From contig CAILMU010000005.1 in NCBI GenBank assembly GCA_903835325.1, forward strand, positions 1 through 44,632: a DNA stretch of 44,632 nt, written 5' to 3'. The DNA comes from an uncultured Candidatus Micrarchaeota archaeon (GTDB taxonomy: Archaea > Micrarchaeota > Micrarchaeia > Anstonellales > Bilamarchaeaceae). Below, piece by piece: positions 34,817 to 42,610 of the stretch. A program made the position numbers and the translations under genes. The notes under the pieces are model-generated. The model did not search any database. It was not told where the DNA came from and saw only the letters and a program-made list of their open reading frames with translations. The first letter of the stretch is position 1; each line of letters starts with the position of its first letter.

Positions 34817-35146
34817 TCATTGCGCGATCTTGACGTCGCTTGCCAGGATGTAATAACCCAAGACAGTATCCTTCACGACCGTTCCGCTGACAGTGACGTT
34901 CTTGCCTTCAGGGGGGAGCATCTCGCTCGAGACTCCCATCGTGCCGGTCCCGTCATTCAAGCTGAACGCGGAGAGCCTGCCGAGCTTAATGGATTTCTCC
35001 ACAGCCCCCTGGACATTCACTTTCTGGCCCACGAATTTGTCGGGGTTGGCCTTGATGTCGGATAATTTGGTCATGCTGGGACCGAGGCATCCGAAAATGA
35101 GCATCGAGACGAATGCGATAACAAACAGGATGGAGATGGTTTTCAT
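34817..35146 (-). CDS. Small lipoprotein-like protein with an OB-fold-like domain
   Basis: The signal/lipobox-like N-terminus is MKTISILFVIAFVSMLIFGC. FVGQKVNVQGAVEKS...GKNVTVSGTVVKD is typical of small OB-fold domains. Confidence 0.6.
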   Translation of the reverse strand: MKTISILFVIAFVSMLIFGCLGPSMTKLSDIKANPDKFVGQKVNVQGAVEKSIKLGRLSAFSLNDGTGTMGVSSEMLPPEGKNVTVSGTVVKDTVLGYYILASDVKIAQ

Positions 35147-35205
35147 GGAGTCCCTTGACCAGGGAAAAAATATAAAACAATATACTATATCCCTTACCCC
35201 TTTTC

Positions 35206-35886
35206 CTAGTCCTTGTAATGGTGCCTCAATATCGCGCGTATGAGCTTCGCCCGCTTCGGACCGAGTCCTTCCACTTCAGACAGCTCCTGCTCGGATGCCG
35301 ACATCACCTTTTCTACCGTCCCGAAATGCCTGAGCAGGGATTTCGCGCTTTTAGGCCCGATCAGTGGAAGCATCTCGACAATAGAGCGCATCGTATCGTC
35401 GGGTGTTAGCGTCTTGCGCTTCGCGAACACGCGCATCGCGACTTTCTTAGCGAGCTGTTCGTGCTTGGCGAAACTGAAGACGAGCTCCGCAGTCGCTTCC
35501 TTGTCCCGGGTGAACATCATTGATGCGCCGAAATCCGCGATTATGGCGGCGTATGCGCCAAGCAATGCGTTCCGGCTTATCCTTTCCTCATCGCTGACCC
35601 CTTCCACGACGACAACAACCCGTTCGAAATTGGTTGTCATGTTCTGCAGCTGGGAAAAAAGCCTGCCATCCATTATCGACTGCTCGAAATCAGAGCGCGT
35701 CTTCCTCTCGACCACAAGCCGCTCCGAGCATAGGAAATCGCCCACTTCCAAGACCTGCCGCTCGACATCCGCCCCCATGCCTTCCAGAAGCTCCTCGAAG
35801 AGCTCGTCCTCGCGCTGATCGATCACTATTTTCGCCTTTTTTGGAGGTTCCGGTGGTCCGGAATATTTGTCAAGGGATTGCTGCAC
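35206..35886 (-). CDS. xpf: Short-form XPF/ERCC4-type structure-specific endonuclease with a C-terminal (HhH)2 domain
   Basis: ERCC4 nuclease motifs are IVIDQRE and VGDFLCSERLVVERKTRSDF. The HhH motifs are LPLIGPKSAKSLLRHFGTVEKV...VEGLGPKRAKLI. The start is GTG. Confidence 0.85.
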   Translation of the reverse strand: MQQSLDKYSGPPEPPKKAKIVIDQREDELFEELLEGMGADVERQVLEVGDFLCSERLVVERKTRSDFEQSIMDGRLFSQLQNMTTNFERVVVVVEGVSDEERISRNALLGAYAAIIADFGASMMFTRDKEATAELVFSFAKHEQLAKKVAMRVFAKRKTLTPDDTMRSIVEMLPLIGPKSAKSLLRHFGTVEKVMSASEQELSEVEGLGPKRAKLIRAILRHHYKD

Positions 35887-35934
35887 GAAATCACCGAAAG
35901 GAAATAATCAACGGGATTCGGATGAACTTACGTT

Positions 35935-36630
35935 TCAGACGACCTTGTTGGCGACGGAATCCATGTAGGACTTGATATCGTCGAAACTTATCGAGCAGCC
36001 GGAATATTTCATCTTATATAAGGCGGCCTCCAGCATCTCGTTCTTGCGGTTGTCGCTGACATCGAAATACCCTTTCTCGAAAGCGAGCATGGCAAGCTCG
36101 CTGCTCCGCAATGTGCGGAGACCCGATATCTCGGATGTCAACTGCCTCAGGTTCTCCTTGTTCACCATCGCATGGACGCCGAACTCGTTCTCCAGGTGCG
36201 TCTTGAGCCGGATAGGCGCCTCGATCAGCATGCGCGTCGTGCGCTCGTCCATCAGCAGGTACTCGACCTGGCTAGAGCGCGAGAGAGCAAGCATCTCGGC
36301 TTCACCCTGCTGAATGAGCATCAGGGGTTTGCCTTTCAGATAGAACAGGTTGTTCGCGTAATTCATGAGCCTTTTTCCTGCAACCGAATAATCGCCCTGC
36401 GCCCGGACAAGGACGCCGTCTTCGATGGCCTGGCGGATGCGGAGGGCCGAATACATGTGCTTGCGTATGTTCTCGTCCAGCACGCGCCCGACGGTCTCGT
36501 ATTCCACGGCAGGCGGTATCATGAAGCGCATGTGCTGCTTCTCATGGAAGAAATACAAAAGCCGGTCGAGGCAGCTCGATGTGAGCGTTATCAAGGATCC
36601 TGAATCGCACACTATGTCATGGGTCTTCAT
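35935..36630 (-). CDS. PIN-domain-like protein (231 aa)
   Basis: Acidic residues follow a PIN-like pattern: IVCDSGSLI (D), QQGEAEMLAL (E) and YLLMDERTTR (D/E). A ~90-aa C-terminal extension is present. Confidence 0.55.
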   Translation of the reverse strand: MKTHDIVCDSGSLITLTSSCLDRLLYFFHEKQHMRFMIPPAVEYETVGRVLDENIRKHMYSALRIRQAIEDGVLVRAQGDYSVAGKRLMNYANNLFYLKGKPLMLIQQGEAEMLALSRSSQVEYLLMDERTTRMLIEAPIRLKTHLENEFGVHAMVNKENLRQLTSEISGLRTLRSSELAMLAFEKGYFDVSDNRKNEMLEAALYKMKYSGCSISFDDIKSYMDSVANKVV

Positions 36631-36634
36631 AGCA

Positions 36635-37171
36635 TCATTCTTCGATGAGCTTCCTGGCCAGTTTCATCCTCTCCTTGATATCCTTCTCGTCTTTCACCCG
36701 GTCGAACATCATGGTCGCTCCGGCGTAATCAAGGACCTCCTGCTTCTCCTGGCCGCTGAACTCGCAGGCGACCCCGAGGCTCATGCCCTGGGCATAGAGC
36801 GTCGCCGCCATCTTGAGTTTCGCTTTCGTCATCATATTGATTATGAAACGGGGGTCCTCCTTCTCGAGCGATGTGATCGATTTCTCCGCAGACTGGATGG
36901 ATTTGGATACGCGCTCATCCTCATCGTTCGAGATATAGACCAGGTCGGCCAGCGCCCCCTCTATCGCGCGCAGCCTGCCTTCGTATTCGCGCTCCAGGAA
37001 ACGGGGCTTCGAAACTATCTTGGACAATGCGTATGAAAGGACGGCCAGGTCGAATAGAGGCTTGCTGAGTTCCGTCGCTGCGGCGGAAAGCACCTCGTCG
37101 TTGAGCTTCCTTAGCGCCCTCTGGTTCCTTTTGCGGAACGCCGAGAGAATCATCTGGGAAAATTCGCGCAT
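36635..37171 (-). CDS. Helical hypothetical protein (178 aa), upstream partner of the PIN-like gene
   Basis: The ATG at 37171 (MREFSQMILSAF...) is preferred. The longer track ORF (to 37513) would overlap the divergent gene and its promoter. Its stop lies 4 nt before the PIN-like start. Confidence 0.55.
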   Translation of the reverse strand: MREFSQMILSAFRKRNQRALRKLNDEVLSAAATELSKPLFDLAVLSYALSKIVSKPRFLEREYEGRLRAIEGALADLVYISNDEDERVSKSIQSAEKSITSLEKEDPRFIINMMTKAKLKMAATLYAQGMSLGVACEFSGQEKQEVLDYAGATMMFDRVKDEKDIKERMKLARKLIEE

Positions 37172-37232
37172 GTACCTCAAAATGGTCACCAATGGAGGAA
37201 AAACGGCGATAGCTTTATAAACCTTACACTTA

Positions 37233-37254
37233 TATATCATGATATAATCATGAT
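37233..37254. promoter_or_regulatory. Palindromic operator candidate containing two ATCATGAT octamers 11 bp apart
   Basis: TATATCATGATATA is a perfect 14-bp palindrome (37233-37246). It is followed by a second ATCATGAT (37247-37254). Both lie in the 120-bp divergent intergenic region between 37171 and 37292. Confidence 0.3.
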
Positions 37255-37291
37255 AGTTGCGTGATTTCATCGCAACGGTGTTGGTGATGTC

Positions 37292-37717
37292 ATGGAAGAC
37301 AAGCAATTTAAACCTACTGACAATGCGCTCGCCCGTGAAATCCGCAGCGATCTCGATTTGAACATGGATAAATTCCGGGATCCGGTGGTGCTCGGCGAGC
37401 TCGTTTACCGCCTCCTCGAGGAGCGCGAGAACACGAACAGGCTGCTGAAGAACATCCTGGCGAAGCTGGAGGCCCTTGAGATCAAAGGGACCCAACCGGC
37501 GCTTCCGGTTCATGCCAAGGAGACCATGCTCCCTGAGATAGACGAGCAGATAATCTCGTTCCTCAAGGGCGCTGGCAAAGTCACAGCAGAAGAGGTCCGT
37601 GTGAAGTTCAACTACCGTGGCAAGAACGCCGCATGCGCCCGATTGAACCGTTTGTTCGACCAGGGCCTGATACAGAAGAGACAGGTGGGGAAGAAGATGT
37701 TCTTCTTTCCCGTATAG
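37292..37717 (+). CDS. Small winged-helix DNA-binding protein with an N-terminal helical region
   Basis: The C-terminal part EIDEQIISFLKGAGKVTAEEVRVKFNYRGKNAACARLNRLFDQGLIQKRQVGKKMFFFP has wHTH character (helix-turn-helix followed by a beta-wing). Confidence 0.65.
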   Translation: MEDKQFKPTDNALAREIRSDLDLNMDKFRDPVVLGELVYRLLEERENTNRLLKNILAKLEALEIKGTQPALPVHAKETMLPEIDEQIISFLKGAGKVTAEEVRVKFNYRGKNAACARLNRLFDQGLIQKRQVGKKMFFFPV

Positions 37718-37861
37718 CCGCTATGATATTGCGGCTGATTTATGCTGATGGCAAGGCCGGGAACGGGTCCACCTCCCGCCTCTCAACTTATTGAGATCCG
37801 TTCCCGACTTGTTATCCTCCCACAAAATATATAGAAAAAAAGAAGCGTGAAAAGAAAGTCA
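37716..37861. repeat. Structured tandem repeat, unit A (candidate ncRNA or MITE-like element)
   Basis: The unit begins with the hairpin AGCCGC-9nt-GCGGCT. The 78-nt core at 37745-37822 is identical to 37989-38066. The tail is caaaat...gaagcgtgaa..gaaagtca. Confidence 0.6.
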
Positions 37862-37961
37862 TGCCCAGAGGCTCCGACCAGGGTTTTTGGGCACCTCTCT
37901 TCTTTTCGAAGAGAGTTATGATAGAAAGTCGGGGAAGAGATTTTTTCCCTTTCCCGATGGC

Positions 37962-38181
37962 GGCCGCAGATATTGCGGCCAATTAATACTGATGGCAAGG
38001 CCGGGAACGGGTCCACCTCCCGCCTCTCAACTTATTGAGATCCGTTCCCGACTTGTTATCCTCCCAACAAGGGCTAGCTCCCTGAGCACCATCTCAGGGT
38101 AGCGAGGCTAGCTTCTAATGGAGCTAGACCTTGTTGCCCACAAAATTAAGCAAAAAAGAAGCGTGAATATAGAAAAAGTCA
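37962..38181. repeat. Structured tandem repeat, unit B (interrupted by a 74-nt insertion)
   Basis: The unit begins with the hairpin GGCCGC-7nt-GCGGCC. The identical 78-nt core is at 37989-38066 and the insertion is at 38067-38140. A homologous tail (38141-38181) follows. Confidence 0.6.
38065..38140. mobile_element. Miniature palindromic insertion (MITE-like) with ~15-17 nt terminal inverted repeats
   Basis: It is present in unit B and absent at the equivalent point of unit A. The ends CAACAAGGGCTAGCTCC...GGAGCTAGACCTTGTTG are inverted repeats with one mismatch. CC/CCCA is duplicated at the junctions. Confidence 0.45.
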
Positions 38182-38266
38182 GGAGCTAGAGACTCTTCGT
38201 ATGATTGGTTTCTAGAAATCCTCTCTTTATTATTCTCGGCGCGAAACAGCCCCGGCTATGGCCTGC

Positions 38267-38275
38267 TATTATAAA
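38267..38275 (+). promoter_or_regulatory. TATA-like box (tattataaa) for the gene starting at 38299
   Basis: It is centred about 28 nt upstream of the ATG at 38299, which supports that start over 38278. Confidence 0.4.
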
Positions 38276-38298
38276 CAATGAGATGGAAACCTTTATTT

Positions 38299-39741
38299 AT
38301 GCTTAAACCTTTCGATTTCTCGAGCACCGCTGAGATAGCCATCCCGAAAGACCCGTTCGAACGGATAATCGGACAGGAAGAGGCTGTCCGGATAGCCCGC
38401 ATGGTGCCCTACCAGAGGAGGCACCTCCTACTCGTCGGACCGCCGGGGACCGGGAAAAGCATGATAGCCCAGGCCATCTCGAGCGGGCTCCCTAAACCGA
38501 AATACGAGATTTCGGTGCTGGAGAATCCGGAGATACCAGAGCGGCCGATCATAGAAATCCGCGATTCCGGCCAAATCAATAAGGACAAGAGCGAAGAGAA
38601 GAGGATAGGGCGCGAGATATCCCCGTTCGATGTCCCTTCTTTCGTGGCGGAGAGGCTGGGCCTGCGATGCAGGAGATGCGGGGGCATGAGCGCGTTCACG
38701 GATAATATCTGCCCGCACTGCGGAGCCACGAAGAGCCCGGGGGGGAGCATGTTCGAAAGATACGGGATGCCGCCCCAGAGCCCGGTGCCCCAGGAAGGCG
38801 ATAAGGTCAGGGTCGCCACAACCAGAAGGATGCCGGACGGAAAAGAGGAGGTCATCATCTACGAGCGGACCTCTGATGGAAGGATCACGATACTCACGCA
38901 GGAGGAGATCAAGAAGATAGAGGAGAAGAGCAAGAAATCCAAGCGGAAGGTCCTAGTGCCCCTCACCCGCACCACGTTCGTGCAGGCTGGCGGAGGCACA
39001 GAGACAGAGCTCCTGGGCGACATCAGGCACGACCCATATGGCGGCCATCCGAACCTGGGGACCCCGGTCTACGCCAGGGTGGTCCCTGGAGCGGTGCATG
39101 AGGCGCACGAAGGGGTCCTGTTCATAGACGAGCTTTCCACCCTCGGGAACATCCAGCGCTACATCCTCACAGCGATGCAGGACCGCAGTTTCCCGATAGT
39201 CGGGCGCAACCCCATGAGCAGCGGGGCAGCGGTCAGGGTCGACAGCGTCCCCTGCGATTTCATCCTGGTCGGCGCATGCAACATCAATGATACCAAGAAC
39301 ATCATCCCGGCCATGCGATCCAGGATCCGGGGCGACGGCTACGAGGTGCTCATGAACGCATACATGGAAGACACCAAGGACAACCAGTACAAGCTCGTGC
39401 AGTTCATCGCCCAGGAGATAAAGAAGGATGGCAAGATACCGCAAGCAGATAAGGCCGCCGTGGCTTTATTGCTTGAGGAGGCCAGGAACATAACGCGGAA
39501 AATCGACAACGCCAAAGGCCTGACGCTGCGCCTGCGCAACCTGATAGGGATAATCAAGATGGCCGGCGACATCGCGGCCATGGAGAAAGCCCAGTTCATA
39601 ACCAAGAAGGACATCACCGTCGCGATAAAGGAGTCGAAGACCATCGAGGAGAAGGTCAAGGAGAAATACGGCAACTGGTGGGCGAGCGAAGCGGCCGACC
39701 ACGGCATAAAGAGCGAGAAGGCAGGCCCCGAGACCGCGTGA
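38299..39741 (+). CDS. Lon-like AAA+ ATPase without a recognisable protease domain; carries a Zn-ribbon insertion
   Basis: The LonB-like N-terminus is FERIIGQEEAVRIARMVPYQRRHLLLVGPPGTGKSM (Walker A). Walker B is GVLFIDELSTL, and RSRIRGDGYEV is the sensor/arginine region. CRRCGG...CPHCG is inserted between the Walker motifs. The protein ends shortly after the AAA lid. Confidence 0.75.
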   Translation: MLKPFDFSSTAEIAIPKDPFERIIGQEEAVRIARMVPYQRRHLLLVGPPGTGKSMIAQAISSGLPKPKYEISVLENPEIPERPIIEIRDSGQINKDKSEEKRIGREISPFDVPSFVAERLGLRCRRCGGMSAFTDNICPHCGATKSPGGSMFERYGMPPQSPVPQEGDKVRVATTRRMPDGKEEVIIYERTSDGRITILTQEEIKKIEEKSKKSKRKVLVPLTRTTFVQAGGGTETELLGDIRHDPYGGHPNLGTPVYARVVPGAVHEAHEGVLFIDELSTLGNIQRYILTAMQDRSFPIVGRNPMSSGAAVRVDSVPCDFILVGACNINDTKNIIPAMRSRIRGDGYEVLMNAYMEDTKDNQYKLVQFIAQEIKKDGKIPQADKAAVALLLEEARNITRKIDNAKGLTLRLRNLIGIIKMAGDIAAMEKAQFITKKDITVAIKESKTIEEKVKEKYGNWWASEAADHGIKSEKAGPETA

Positions 39742-39752
39742 ATTGGAGACAA

Positions 39753-41018
39753 TCACCTGTTTCGGGTCCGGTTGAACAGGAAGAATACCAGGCCGATGCC
39801 GATCACGACTATCTGCATCAACCATAACCTCGCCTCGAAATTCGCGAGCATGAACAAAGTCGACAGGACCCCGAGCCAAGCAAGAACAGGGATCCCAAAG
39901 ATCCTCGGGCTGAAGAACGAGCGCTTATCATCGCTATTTGCAAGGATTATCAGGGATGCGTTCACGGCCAGGTATGCGAAGAAAACGGCGAGATTGGCAA
40001 GCTGGGCGACAGTCTTGATATCGAATGCCGATGCGAAAAGCGCGGCGAGCACTCCTACGATAGCGACTGATATCATCGGCGTCTTCCTGGAACCCGTCAC
40101 CGAAAGGAATTTCGGGAGCGAACCTCCTTTGGACATGCCGTAGAATATCCTTGATGGGACGATGAGGAACATCAGGACCGTGTTCGCTGTAGCGAAAAGC
40201 GCGATATATGAAAGCAATGACGAATACCTGCCAAGGGTCGCGGATACGACAAGCGTGAGCGGAGCGTTAGATTGCGAGAGTGCCGACCACCCGACCTCCC
40301 GGACCGCGGCGACAGCAACCAAAATGTAGATGATTGTGGAGATCCCGAGCGAAAGCATCAACGCCATGGGAATCGTTTTCCTGCTGTCCTTGACCTCTTC
40401 CGAGAGGTTGGTGAGGTTCTCGAAACCTATATAGGCGAAAAAGACGACCGATACTGCTGCTATGATGCCTGAGATGCCGTTCGATGGCAGTTCGAGCAGA
40501 TTGCTCTCGATTGTCGGGTGCGAGATGAAACCGATGACGATAACAGCCAGAAGCCCGAGCACCTCGAAAGAGGTCGCGATGTTGTTGAATTTCGCGGATT
40601 CGTTGATTCCGATGTAGTTCAGGATAGACATGGCGATGATTATCGCTAGCGCTCCGATGACAGGGTCTATCCCGCTGAGCGCTTGCAGATACCCTCCGAA
40701 TCCGATAGCGACGGTCGCTGCGGCTATCATCGTCCCGATAGCGATCACCCATCCTATCGCGAACGAGAACGTCTCGCTGTGGAATGCCTTGCGCGTATAG
40801 GTATATTCGGCAGCCTCTTTCGGGAACGCGGATGAGAGCTCGGCATAGCTGAATGCCGTGAATATCGCGATGAGCGCTGAAAGAAAAAATGCGAGCCAGA
40901 GCGTATTGCCGGCAAGCCCGGCTCCGATCGAGATGAGGGCGAAAATCCCTGCCCCGAATATGACGCCGAGGCCATACATAGTCGTGCTGAACAGGCCGAG
41001 CCCGCGCTTCAAACCCAT
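39753..41018 (-). CDS. APC-superfamily amino acid/polyamine permease
   Basis: It has about 12 TM helices. The N-terminal motif is LGLFSTTMYGLGVIFGAGIFALIS. The length is 421 aa. Confidence 0.85.
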   Translation of the reverse strand: MGLKRGLGLFSTTMYGLGVIFGAGIFALISIGAGLAGNTLWLAFFLSALIAIFTAFSYAELSSAFPKEAAEYTYTRKAFHSETFSFAIGWVIAIGTMIAAATVAIGFGGYLQALSGIDPVIGALAIIIAMSILNYIGINESAKFNNIATSFEVLGLLAVIVIGFISHPTIESNLLELPSNGISGIIAAVSVVFFAYIGFENLTNLSEEVKDSRKTIPMALMLSLGISTIIYILVAVAAVREVGWSALSQSNAPLTLVVSATLGRYSSLLSYIALFATANTVLMFLIVPSRIFYGMSKGGSLPKFLSVTGSRKTPMISVAIVGVLAALFASAFDIKTVAQLANLAVFFAYLAVNASLIILANSDDKRSFFSPRIFGIPVLAWLGVLSTLFMLANFEARLWLMQIVVIGIGLVFFLFNRTRNR

Positions 41019-41041
41019 GATATCACAATCGCGTGACGGAA

Positions 41042-42535
41042 CTATCTATTCTTCCCGCCAACCGCCCCTCTTTCGGCCGATTCGGCCAACCGCGATAAAG
41101 CCTCGACCACCAGGCGCACGCCTATCCCGCTCGCGCCTTTCGAGAGGTATGGGTGTTTTTCGGTCATGTTGTCCACGCCTGCGATATCCAGGTGGGCCCA
41201 TCTGCATTCGCCGATGAATTCACCCAAGAAGCATGCTGCTGTTATGGAACTCGCCTCCCCGGTCTCGCTCCCCATGTTCTTGATGTCCGCGAAATCGCCC
41301 TTGTTCATCTCCTTGTATTCGCTGTCCATGGGGAAGCGCCATACCCGCTCGAACACGCTTTCGCCGGAATCAGATATAGTCTTGGCGAGCTGGTCGTCAT
41401 TGGAGAAGAGGCCTATCCTGTTGTGGCCCAGGCAGGTTATCATAGCTCCGGTGAGCGTGGCCAGGTCTATCATGGCATCCGGTTTCATTTCTGAGATATA
41501 TGCGAGCGAATCGGCTAGGATCAGGCGGCCTTCGGCATCCGTGTTGAGAATTTCGATGGTCTTGCCGGAATATGCGGTTATGATATCCCCGGGTTTCTGC
41601 GCCGAGCCGGAGGGGAGATTCTCTGTGGCTGCGAAGGCGCCGAGAAGCCGGACCGGGAGCTTCATCTCGCTCGCCGCTTTCATGATGCCGAGAACGCAGA
41701 CTGCCCCGGACTTATCGTATTTCATCTCCTGCATGCCTTTGGATGGTTTCAGGGATATGCCGCCGCTGTCGAAGGTTATGCCTTTTCCCACAACAGCGTA
41801 GAACGGGAGGTCTTTCCGGCCTTTGTTGTGCTCAAGCATGACGAAGACCGGAGGCAGGGCGCTCCCCTGGTTGACAGCGAGGATAGCGTTCATCTTCAGC
41901 TTCTTCAGCTCCTCCTTTCCCAAGACCGTCACTGCGAGGCTGCTGCTTTTCGCGAGCTTCCTTGCCTCCTCTTCGAGCCTCTGGGGCGTCGCGATGTTGG
42001 CGGGATTCTCGTCTATATCGCGGACGTAATTCTGCGCGCCTGCGAGAATGATGGCTTTGCCCAACGGAACGCGCGAATCGGATGCATCCAGCTTGGATAT
42101 TATCGTCGCTTCCGGTACATCGAAGAAATCGTCTTTCTTGGTCTTGAATTTCGTCGGCTTGTAATCAGCCAGGAGGATCCCTTCGGCCACGGCTTGGACA
42201 GCGCCCTCTGGAGCGAAGCATTCGTTGAGCGCCGATATCGTGAAGGAAGGGCATCTGGATGCAGATGCCGCCCGGCATGCCGCGCCACCGAACCTGCGGA
42301 GATTGTCAAGGGTCAAGTCCTTCTTCTCGCCCAACCCGTATAGGAGCAGCTTCCTGAACCCGGCTTTGCCTTGCGTATCCGTGATATAGAACTGGCCGGC
42401 CTTGCCTTCGAAAGATTTCTTCATTATGCCCTTCGTCAACTCGGGAAATGGTATCAAATCCCCCTGCGCGATCGCTATCGCCAAAAGCTCGTCCTTGACT
42501 TCATTCACATCGGCGTTCTTCAGTTTAAGCTGCAT
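41042..42535 (-). CDS. pepA: Leucyl aminopeptidase (M17 family)
   Basis: The M17 signature NTDAEGRLILAD is present, with VGKGITFDSGGISLKP (metal and active-site residues). The length is 497 aa. Confidence 0.9.
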   Translation of the reverse strand: MQLKLKNADVNEVKDELLAIAIAQGDLIPFPELTKGIMKKSFEGKAGQFYITDTQGKAGFRKLLLYGLGEKKDLTLDNLRRFGGAACRAASASRCPSFTISALNECFAPEGAVQAVAEGILLADYKPTKFKTKKDDFFDVPEATIISKLDASDSRVPLGKAIILAGAQNYVRDIDENPANIATPQRLEEEARKLAKSSSLAVTVLGKEELKKLKMNAILAVNQGSALPPVFVMLEHNKGRKDLPFYAVVGKGITFDSGGISLKPSKGMQEMKYDKSGAVCVLGIMKAASEMKLPVRLLGAFAATENLPSGSAQKPGDIITAYSGKTIEILNTDAEGRLILADSLAYISEMKPDAMIDLATLTGAMITCLGHNRIGLFSNDDQLAKTISDSGESVFERVWRFPMDSEYKEMNKGDFADIKNMGSETGEASSITAACFLGEFIGECRWAHLDIAGVDNMTEKHPYLSKGASGIGVRLVVEALSRLAESAERGAVGGKNR

Positions 42536-42610
42536 ATCGTCACCTTGGATAAGATATCGGTATGCATCCAGATTCGCGAATAAGGTTAAAAAATCAGCAT
42601 TTGCGCCCCA

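Noticed and set aside
37783-38102. 77-aa (minus) and 71-aa (plus) ORFs inside the repeat array
   Set aside because: They are composed largely of the duplicated hairpin sequence, have no promoter or start context, and overlap each other. A structured non-coding explanation is more parsimonious.
38065-38140. The 76-nt insertion as a genuine tRNA or a bulge-helix-bulge intron
   Set aside because: Despite the 7-bp terminal stem and the C-CCA end, positions 10-65 form a continued rod plus two mini-hairpins. There are no D, anticodon or T arms, and no U8, G18G19 or T-loop. The junctions cannot be drawn as a 3-4-3 bulge-helix-bulge motif.
37718-38277. The repeat region as a CRISPR array, RNase P RNA, SRP RNA or tRNA genes
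   Set aside because: There are only two repeat copies, and they are far longer than CRISPR repeats. GAAAGTC-like strings occur three times, but I found no matching P4 3' strand (ACAGAA..CGGCUUA-type) or other RNase P conserved regions. I found no SRP helix-8 motif. The core does not fold as a cloverleaf. The region remains unassigned and is not excluded as an RNA.
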